Assembly: GCF_009914755.1 (NCBI RefSeq) | Contig: NC_060925.1 | Strand: one strand, 5' to 3' | Length of the DNA stretch: 64,000 nucleotides | DNA from: the human T2T-CHM13v2.0 reference genome, Homo sapiens | In this document: piece after piece, positions 14,898 through 64,000 of the stretch | How positions within the stretch are numbered: position 1 is the first letter of the stretch | Layout of the letters: each line of letters opens with the position of its first letter | Made by a program: the position numbers and the translations under genes | The notes under the pieces: model-generated | What the model saw: the letters and a program-made list of their open reading frames with translations, nothing else | What the model was told of the DNA's origin: nothing | Database searches by the model: none

Positions 14898-15141
14898 TTA
14901 AAACACATTAGCTCCCGAAGGGCCCCAAACCCTGGAGACAGAAGCATCCGGTTGCAACCCCTCATCCCTCGAGAGGTGGCAGCAAGCCTTATAGGGAAGC
15001 CCAAGCCCAGTGTGGCATAGAATAGAGCAGGGGGCCCGCAGGGAGCCTCCACAATGGCAGGAGTTCTGCACGCTCAGTACCGGTAGCCCAGGGCTCTGGA
15101 GGTAGAGAAGTCTGCGGACCAGCCGGAGGAGGCCGAAGAGG

Positions 15142-15155
15142 CAGCGCATGCGCTG
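15142..15155. promoter_or_regulatory. NRF1-type palindrome in a CpG-rich patch
   Basis: cagcgcatgcgctg, a perfect 14-bp palindrome containing GCGCATGCGC. Confidence 0.55.
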
Positions 15156-16054
15156 TTGGCCAGCGGACCCGAGCGGGCAGAGGTCAATCAACAGTAGACG
15201 CTGTACCCACTGAGGCTTGCTGCCCTAGCACAGGGAGCATGAGCTAAACCTCAGTGCGGAGGATCTGGGCAAAGGCCCGAGGGTGGCCAAGACGCCTGGC
15301 TCAGGAAATCAGACTGTCCCCCGAAGGGCGAAGGCAAGGAGGCTGGGAACTTAAACAAGGCAATTCAAAACTGCACGTCTGTGTCACCTTGAATGGGCAC
15401 AAGTTAAACTCTTTATTGGAGCTTGTGAACCAAGTTGTGTTCAACTAAGCTGCCTGTGTTCAAGACTTAATTACATATATATGTGTATATCCAACTTAAA
15501 ATGTTACAAATATATTTATTGACATATAATTCATTATGTGTTAATTGAAAAAAGTAAATTTTAAAAATTAAGCACAGTGTAGTGTGATCTCATTTTGTAT
15601 ATCCAACTTTCTGTAGACTAGTTTAACTGGTAAAATTTATGTTTACAACATATAAAACTAAAGGGATTCTATATTTATGGGAACATAGTTTGAAGCAAAA
15701 AGGGCTACTGTAAATCTAATCACAGCTCTAATATTCAAGAACATACTTGTTTTCATGATATTCTAGTTTGATGTTTCTCAGGTGTGGTTCCCAGACCACT
15801 TCTGTGTGAAGCACGTGAGGTTTAGGTGAAGATGGAGATCCCGGGCCTAACCACAGACACCTTGGATCAGAAAACAGAAGGAAACGTTTCAAGCCAGTCT
15901 AGAAGTGTTTTTTCTTTCTTTCTCTAATTTGTGCCCCCATGCTGCCACCAAACACTGTGGTTTTGACCCTAAAACCTCCTGGACCCTTGCTTAAGACCAC
16001 CGGGATGCGCAGTGTGTTGGGTTGGGGGGATAGCAGTGTGTTTGCTTTCAGGAT

Positions 16055-16230
16055 AGCAGTGCTGCTCAGTGGGATGTTCTGTGATGATGGGGCTGTCCCA
16101 TGTCTGCTCTGTCCAATGTGATAGCTGCTAGCCACATGTGGCTACTGAGCACTTGAAAGGCAGCTAGGGAGACAGAAACAAGCGTTCGATTTAGTTTAAT
16201 ATTGATTAGTTTAGCTTTAAGTAGCTTGGG
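16055..16230. mobile_element. MER3-like hAT MITE
   Basis: ttctgtgatgatgg...ctgtccaat...agccacatgtggctactgagcacttgaaa. Confidence 0.7.
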
Positions 16231-16553
16231 CTTGGGGGTAACAATGGAGATGGTAAGACATGAATGGATCTGGGATCTTCTTAGAGGTAAACAGGATCGG
16301 ACTGGATGGTGATCATTTGAAAACTGCAGGAGGGCAGTGTAGACTCTGGAGGCTGCCTGGGTGTCTGGCTGAAGCTGCTGAGTGAAAAGGGAACCATTTC
16401 TGACACAGAGAAGCGTGGGGAGAAACAGACTTTGGGTGAAGGAATGATGGGCTCCATTACAGACATCTTAAGATGTATTCATGAACACTCAGATTTTGCT
16501 GGTCTGGGACACAGTGGGTTTCTTTAGGTGATTTTGCTGGTCTCTCTTTCTGA

Positions 16554-17014
<461 letters not shown>

Positions 17015-17078
17015 TTTAAAGTTAGTTTTTTAAAAGTCTGAACATCTTGATCCACAGGAGCAATTTTATCGATAGAAC

Positions 17079-17905
17079 TGTGATACCGAGGTAATAAGAA
17101 AGCTATATCTGATCTCTGCCCTCCAGTTCCTGGCACAGAGCTCGTAAAACTCTTGGTATTTTCTGAGTGATCGGGATGAGAAGTGTTTTTTGTTATTAAT
17201 AAGCACCTTCCAACCATATCTGAATTTATGCTGATGAGATGACTCTTGGAGGATGGGGGTTGGGGGCCAGAGAAACTAACCATGTGATTAGAGGAACTTT
17301 CAGTCCTAACCCCCAGCCTCCAGAGAGAAAAGAGGGGCTGAGAATTGACCTAATTGGCAATGATTTAATCAACCATGCCTATGCAATGGAACCCCCATAA
17401 AAACCCTAAGTGAAAAGGTTTGGGGGTTTTTGGTTGGTGAACACTTCGAGGTGGGGGGACGGTGGTGGGCCTGGAGAGCGCACGGAAGCTCCATGTGGCC
17501 CCCCCATACCTTGCCCTGTGCACCTCTTCCATTTGGCTGTTCATGTGTATCCGATATAACAAATCAGTAATAGTAAGTAAAGGGTGTCCCTGAATTGTGT
17601 GAGCCATTCTTGCAAATTATCAAACATGAGGAGGGAGGGTGTGATGGGAACCCCCGAGTTATAGCCAATCAGTCAGAAGTACAGGAGGCCCTGACTTGCA
17701 ACTGGCATCTGAAAAGGGGGCAGTCTTGTGAGACTGAGCCCTTAACCTCTGGGGTCTGTGTTAACTCCAGGAAGTTAGTGTCAGATGTGAATTGCAGGAT
17801 CCCTCCCCACTCCAGCTGATATATGGAAAGCTGCATAATTGGTTGCTATGCGGGGAAAACTCCATATATCTGGTATGGGAACTCTTGCGAATAAAAACAG
17901 ATCAT
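17079..17905 (+). mobile_element. MER21-family LTR
   Basis: tgtgata...tctctgccctccagttcctggcacagagctc...aatcaaccatgcctatgcaatgga. Confidence 0.75.
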
Positions 17906-18034
17906 AGTAAGAGCTTAGCTACTCAGGCAAGTCTATAACCACAAATTCAAAATGATATTAACTTACACTGGGAGACCACCATTCTGGATTATTTCTGTGG
18001 AAAAACCTTTAAAGTCTCACTAGGAACTCTGTAG

Positions 18035-18235
18035 GCTGCATGGGCCAATATAATAACCACTAGCTACATGCAGCTATTTGAATTTAAGTTAATTAAAACT
18101 AAATGTGAAACTCAGCTCCTCAGGCATACTAGTCCTGTTTCAAGTGCTCAGTAGCCACATGAGGTTACTGACTACCATACTGGCAGCACACAGAACATTC
18201 TGGAATGTCATCACAGAATTTCTATCGGACAGTGT
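18035..18235. mobile_element. MER3/MER33-like hAT MITE
   Basis: tttcaagtgctcagtagccacatg...acagaatttctatcggacagtg. Confidence 0.7.
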
Positions 18236-18699
18236 CAAGCTAACTGTAAGGTTCTCAAGGAAGGAAAAGGCTAGGGGAGTTGATGGTGCAAACAAAGGAC
18301 AGTGTGGGGAGTAAGAGATTCAATCAGAGAAACACAGCCACGTCAGCTAGGCTACAGCAGGAGACTGCGTTTCATTTTAGGACAAAAGGAGGCTGTGGGG
18401 TTTAAACCGAGCAGCAGCAGGAATATGAGTCAGGAGACTCCGGAAGTGGTCCAAGAGAAATTACAATGGACAGGGAGAAGTGGCCAAGCAAAGAGATGGG
18501 TGTGCATCCTGTAGAAGGGAGAGAAGAGCAGGCTTGCTAATGGATGGTGCCATTTGGAAACAGCAACAGTTTTAATTAACTCATTTTACTCACTGTCATT
18601 TACCCTGTCTGGGAAAAAAAACAAGAGAGACTTTCTGAATGTTCTTATACCTGAAAGTGAAACTGGTTCACAAAATAAACACATACATAATCCAATGCC

Positions 18700-19352
18700 A
18701 AAAACTGGTGATTTATAGAAATCACCCTGGTTTATTTTTTTCAACAAAGGAAAAAAAAACATGGTTCAATAATTCAGCATTTGGGACTCTGGCAAGTACT
18801 GTCTGCATTGTTCAAAATAAGTGTTCCTGGCTGTGAGCTCTGCAACACATACTGATGGCCCAGGAACCTTCTTCCATGGTTCTAATAAAACAAAGGACCC
18901 ACACATGGAGGTTACGTGAGTCAACAAAAGATGCTCTATCACAATGTGCGTAAAAAGCAAGTCTTTGAAAAATATCCAGATCTCTAAAGGAATACAAACA
19001 CTCCTATTTGGTTTTGTTTTTGTTCATCTTCAGTATTATATTTTAGTTGTTGAGGAAAATTTTTTTTACTGTAAGGAAGGAGTTATATGACTTTATAAGT
19101 GGGAACCAACAGGCTGCCGGCTAATACATACGCTTTCCCTCCAAGTCAAGTAGCTTTTTCCCCCCGAAAGCCTCTTTCATGATTTTCATTATGGTTCAGA
19201 AAAGTAAAGAAAATGATTTCAAGTATTCAATTCCTATAAAAATTGGTATCAAAAGTAATAGAGGACCTAATTTCTTTATAATTCCATGTTTTAAAAAATA
19301 ACTTAAGAAGCAAGAGGTCCGGCCCTTTACTTGTATAAATACAGCAGCAGAA
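18700..19352 (-). other. TTC13: TTC13 3' UTR (3' end approximate)
   Basis: Unique AT-rich sequence between the stop codon and the first minus-strand AATAAA. Confidence 0.75.
18731..18736 (-). terminator. Polyadenylation signal AATAAA
   Basis: Plus-strand tttatt, followed on the minus strand by a GT/T-rich tract (tatgtatgtgtttattttgt) about 45-65 nt downstream. Confidence 0.7.
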
Positions 19353-57931
<38,579 letters not shown>

Positions 57932-58979
57932 CTAGTCAGACCAAAACAAAAACACGTCAAAAACCATAAACAAAACAAAACAAAAAATCAGTTTCTGCTT
58001 AAAGCACGTTAATGCCGCAAGTGACAGCTCTACTGCTTTATGCTACGACCACTCGTAAGTCAATACGCAGTCTCCAACCTGAAAAGTCTATGTTCTTAAA
58101 GCTCATTTGTATGAAATGTGATAAAAGTTTCATGTTGAAAAAAATAATAGAGAGAGAAGGGAACCAACATTACGCAGAAACATGCTGGTTTCTTTCACAG
58201 GGTCATCTTATTTAAAATGCAATCCTCTCAACAACTCTGGCAGCATCAGCAATCATGTCTTACAGAGAAGAAGGAGGCTCAGAGGGGTAAAGAGATGTGA
58301 GCAAAGGATTAGGTAATGCCTGTAACTAATGTGTTTCCTTTCATATATCCATGAAATTACCTGAAAAGGAAAGAACCACTCAGTGCCAACACAATGACGA
58401 ACTAGAAATGAGGCTGCACTGAAATCTGTTGGAGATTAATTCAACCCTTCATACTAATGGGTTGAAATAAAAAACCAGACTCTTTTTGCAGCCTGCTCCC
58501 ATGCTTTCTCCTGTTATTCTGCAATCCAGATGGGGTGGAGGAAACATCTATCAGGACCAAGGACAAAACATCTGTTGACCCCGGCCATTGAGTCCTTACA
58601 CACAGGTTAGTTGGTGAGTGAATGAAATGCCTCTCATCTACATTTAGCCTCTACAATTTTTACTTCTCTGAATGGTTCGCTATACAGTTAAGAAAGAAGA
58701 ATAAACAGCTGCCTCTGGCTATAAGGTCCTGGGTGGAAGTCTTGCACTGCTAAGGGATTTAATAGAATGGCACTGGATTCTCCAGAAAGAAACTCTGCAA
58801 AAACTTGATAGATTAATCTATTGTTCAGTTTCAAATCTGAGCTAGGGTATCTGCCAGTATTATAGAAAATGAACACATTCACTTCAATGATGAGTAAATG
58901 GGAAAAAATAAAGGAGAAGATAACACGCATTTAAATTTTCCTAAAGGCTACTCAAATAGAATGAGATGCATCTATATCC

Positions 58980-59310
58980 AGTGGTAAACTGGCATATCGC
59001 TGGCCACAACCCAGACAGCAGATTGGACTACACGGTGTATGAAAAATTGCAAAAATTCAACTAAACAATTTTAGGTTTCTAGCTTCTCTTAGAACATCAA
59101 AAGATCCAACAAACATGGGCCCACATTTTGGCATTCTCACACAGCAATAAATAAGAGACTAGAGCTAAGCACTGGCTGTCTCTATAGATGAGAGGTACAA
59201 GTCCATCAGTTCACCACAGGGCCTACCCATCACAGCCACACTGCACCAACTTTCTTTACTCATGTTACCTCCCTGGCCCCTACAAAGTTCTGGATTTATG
59301 AATTATATGT
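58980..59310. mobile_element. MER102-like hAT element
   Basis: tttctagcttctcttagaacatcaaaagatccaacaaacatgggcccacatt. Confidence 0.55.
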
Positions 59311-59938
59311 AACTGGTATAGAGGTTGCTCATGCTATTTTCTAAGAGGGGCGGGGAACAGTACATGTTATAGACCTACAGAAAGATGGTAGTCATATTTC
59401 ATAAATCATACTTATACGTGATTGTGTGAGCCATTAGGTGCACAGAAAGAAACTCCAAAATGCTACCAGGAATTTCCTCTGGGGAGTGAGATTACTAGAT
59501 ATATTCCCACTGTACTTAATATATTGTTATATTCCTGTTAATTGTTTAAAACAGACATGCTCATTTATAATCAGAAAAAAGTATGTTTTAAGTAATACAT
59601 GTTTCCCTGTAAAAATTTTAGAAAATGAAGAAAAGCACCAAGCAGAAAGTAAAGGAGCCCTATAAGCCTGCCCCCCCAGAGATAAGCACTTTAAACATTT
59701 AAGTATTCTTCCTGGCTTAAAGGAAGGCAGAGTAAGTGGTTTGGATGGAGAAAGGATACAGGTGTCAGGAGGAAAAGGGGAGCAGGAAAAAAGGGAACCT
59801 AATGAGGAATTAAAAGTAAGACTGGCGTCATGCTTTTCTGTAGCAAAAAAGCCAGAAGACAGAACAGTCAACAGTCGAACCGAACCCTGGCCAGGCTGGG
59901 GTGGGAGGCGGTAAGCCCAGTGAGCTCATCCTCTAGAG

Positions 59939-60144
59939 CAGGGGTGTCCAATCTTTTGGCTTCCCTGGGCCACATTGGGAAAAGAATTGTCTTAGGCCAC
60001 ACATAAAATACCGTAACACTAATGATAACTAATGAGCTAAAAAAAAAAAAATCTCATAATGTTTTAAGAAACTTTACAAAGCTGTGTTGAGCCACATTCA
60101 AAGCCATCCTGGGCTGCATCTGGCCCATGGGTTGGACAAGCTTG
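59939..60144 (+). mobile_element. MER30 hAT MITE
   Basis: caggggtgtccaatcttttggcttccctgggccaca...gggttggacaagcttg termini. Confidence 0.88.
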
Positions 60145-60967
60145 CTTTAGGATAACATACATCTCCAGGAAGAACCAAACCTATGCTCAGATTTGTTATG
60201 GTTCAAAATATATTATCCAAGCTGCTTTTCTCCTAACAGAAAAAAGTTTACTCCAGATGACCAAGAGGTGAATCAGAAAAAGATGTAAATAAGCAGTTAT
60301 TCTACAAATACAACTGGCATCCCCGCACACCCGTGGCCGGGGCTGGTGCTCTGGCATCCTCCTGCTCTCCAGGTCACACACCCCTCACCAAATCCTGGCC
60401 ATCTCACCTCCTGAACAGATCAGCATCCTCCCACCCACTCCATCAGCCACTGCCCTATTCTAAGCCTTCCTCTCTCACCTAGGATACTGTGATCACCTTA
60501 CCTGTTCCCATTTCTTCCTATCTATTCTCCAGATATACACCAAGAGTTATCTTTCTAACACTAAAGTCTCATCATATCATTTCCCTAACTGAAATTATTC
60601 AGTGACTCCCCAACACCTAATACAGTGACATTCAAACTTTTTAAACTCCAAATCACTGAAATACATTTTACATTACAATCCAGTACACACATACACATGT
60701 GCACAATATATACACACATGTATCAGAAAACAGTTTCAGTAGGTTATACCTAGGACTTCCTATACACAATGGAATCTGATATTTTCTAGTCCAGCATATT
60801 TCACTTAAAAAAAAAAAGTGCTAATCTTGACTTGCCAATTAATTTCAGGACCCACTAAAGGGTAGCAACTCACAATACAAAAAAAAAAAAAAAAGGTAAC
60901 ATCTAAATGGCTCTGCAGAAAATATTAATCATTTTCCTGCTTACTGTTCAGCCTCATCTCCTTCCTC

Positions 60968-61280
<313 letters not shown>

Positions 61281-62092
61281 TAGAAATCAGAATCATTTAA
61301 TAATTCCCTACATACAAGATGCTTTCCCAAATGCAGTGCATTTGCAAATGCTATCCCCTCTGTCTGAAACACTCACCCATTGCCTCGGTCCCCAAGAAAT
61401 TCCTTTGATCCCTTAAGTCTCAGTTCAAACACCACCTTTGGATTCCTTCCAGACGCCCCTGGAAAATAAATAAGCTCCTTCTCCTTTATTCCCACTGTTC
61501 ACTGTATGGATGTCAGCCATTCATTCCACAATTATTTACTCAGGGCCTACTGTTAGCTATCTCAGGTTCCATGTGCTAGGAATACCATGCAAAGCCATGC
61601 TATTCTTGCCACATACTAGGAATAGCAAGCAAAAACCAACACAGAAGACAAAGATTTGCCTATCAGATCAAAGTCAGCTCTGCTAAGCCTATTCTTCCCA
61701 AAGGGGAAGCAAGCAGGACAACATGGCTAATAATAGTGGGGTGCAGTCAATGGAAAACAAGAGCCCGATCCAGGGTAACAGGAAGGCAAAGCTCTATGAC
61801 AGATGTGCCACAGTGAATGATGTATGGTGGCCCTCCAGCTCTTGCAGCTGGAACATTTTTATAGTAATAAAAATTTTAAATTAAAAAAAAAAACAGCCAT
61901 TCAAAAATTTGCAACAGCTGAAATATCCGAACACTGACAACTTCCTAAAGGTAGCCATCATCATCTTGACTGCAGGATTGGATGTGTGCCCCACACAGAG
62001 GCCCTCGCACGGGCCTCCCCTCAAGTCACCCCATGGTCTCATCATTACTACAGCACTGAATTGATTACTGTGCTTATCTGTAAAGTATTTAG

Positions 62093-62425
<333 letters not shown>

Positions 62426-64000
62426 CAATTTATTCTTTCTTTTTAGAATTTTTTCCTAACAGTCAAGAAGGACATATAATTATTGTGGCTGTTATATCTA
62501 CAGTCTAGTATTAAGCCTTCCTAAATTTAAATAACAGATTTTATTACTTTTAAAAGTTGATACAACTTTATTTATTATTTTATCTATCATTAGCTAAAAG
62601 CCAAAAACTTTTCTTTATGGAATGCCATAGTAAATTATTGGGTTTTTCCAAATAAAAACCAACGTTTATTCCTAAAAACAAATTAGGCTCTGAAGAGCAA
62701 TTTTTCAAAATATTTTTATAATATTTATACTTTATAAAGTTTTCAGAAACTTTTTAAAAAGTTTCTTTAAAAAGTTTCTATACTCTTAAAAAGACTGAAA
62801 TGAAAATGAACACTTCAATCTTCCAATTTTACTTTATGCAACTGCAAAATCATGGTATAACAGTTGCCTAAATGGTGTTGTGTCTACTTAGATGTCTCAA
62901 TTCTCAAAAAAAAAAAGAGTCTAATATATTATCCTCATTTCATTACTTATATAGTGACTTTAAATTTTACAGTATTTACTGTATTTACCACTACAAGGCT
63001 GGCTTTTTTATTAAAACTGGGAAGTCACTGGATCTAAAAACAAACAAGTCGAAACAGTCAGTAGATAAGCAATGTAATGAGGATTAGATTTCACCTAAGT
63101 GACGAACACACATATTTACATAAAGGATGTTATTTAAAATTCTATGCAGAGGAATGTTTCCAATTTTGTATGCTAATGTAAAATAGGAAGTAATATTCTT
63201 TTACAAGTTCAGTTCCACTGGAATCAGATCAAAATCAGATGAGCTCAAGGTCACATAATAAATAGCAAAGGCCAAATTATCTCATAAAATTGTTGAAGCA
63301 TTTATGTTAAACCCATCCCTGCATGAGGACCAAAGCAGCACAGAAATCAGGAAAAAGTTCTACTTTTCAACTCAAGAACACTATTACTGATGCACTGACA
63401 CACATGGAAATGACTTCAGGGCATTGGCATAGAAGCAACACTAACTTATAAGCTTTAAAAATCAAGAGTTTCCAATGCAGACCGACATCTATTAAACCCT
63501 GTCATTGTGCTCAGTTAGAAACCTTGATACTTCTGTAAAGGAAAATCAAACCACAGGGAATAAACATTCCAATAAACACTTTGAAACACCGAGGATTATG
63601 GAAATATTTCCCAGGTTTGTAACCTGATGGTGAAACCAAGACAACAGGAAAGGTATAAGAGCTTTATATCAAAAAGTCATTCTGGAGTTAAAATACCCTT
63701 TATATGTAGATTTGAAAATCATATTAAATGAGCTTATCAAAACAGTGATTCTAATAAAATCCAAGCCCCTGAGTCCCCATTTGTTGCCTGCTTCTATAAA
63801 CAGAATCATATTCCATGCTCTGCTGCTTCATACTGGAGCTCATGAGCTGTCTAAAAAAAAAAAAAAGATTGCCAAGAGTTAATGAACTCAAGAAAACCAA
63901 AAAGTCTGTACATGAATAGCTACCACTTTGTAGATTTGTCAAAGGACATTTACTGGCTTAAAAATACTGCATTTTTGCATATCTAGAAGGTCCTGCAAGG

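Noticed and set aside
15093-15197. Protein-like plus-strand frame ALEVEKSADQPEEAEEAAHALLASGPERAEVNQQ
   Set aside because: No in-frame ATG, splice support or recognisable homolog; high GC content explains it.
19332-19341. TGTATAAATA Pumilio-like element next to the stop codon
   Set aside because: It is on the plus strand, antisense to the TTC13 mRNA, and is not an exact match.
63697-63865. Strong poly(T)-AG acceptor on the minus strand at about 63851, possibly a TTC13 coding exon
   Set aside because: The translation does not match the expected upstream TPR sequence and the nearest donor is weak; at most a cryptic exon.

Overview
This is primate, most likely human, genomic DNA, not a prokaryotic accessory region. 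The minus strand carries the last 19 coding exons of TTC13 (57931 down to the stop at 19353). All have GT-AG boundaries and consistent phases, and they splice to 2070 nt (689 aa plus stop): TPR repeats followed by a non-TPR C-terminal region. The 3' UTR runs to an AATAAA at about 18731. The first ~18.6 kb is repeat-rich downstream DNA with retroposed 7SL and U13 snoRNA copies, Alus (including an AluYa5), MST/MER LTRs and a CpG-rich patch with an NRF1 palindrome. The leading hypothesis is that the TTC13 C-terminus (NLMPLSRGSS...LMASG...LVDFEAM) has the spacing of a Fido (Fic/Doc/AvrB) active-site loop of the AvrB type, which would make TTC13 an uncharacterised TPR-plus-enzyme protein. The two exons encoding the second half of that site are separated by a stop-free, in-frame 150-nt intron. 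They are also bracketed by inverted Alus, so a back-spliced circle would be an endless ORF. Other items are a twin-primed L1 in a duplicated and hairpinned target, a fused inverted-Alu remnant, a NAGNAG acceptor, candidate cryptic exons and CTCF-like sites. Repeat subfamily names and homolog sequences come from memory; no searches were run.
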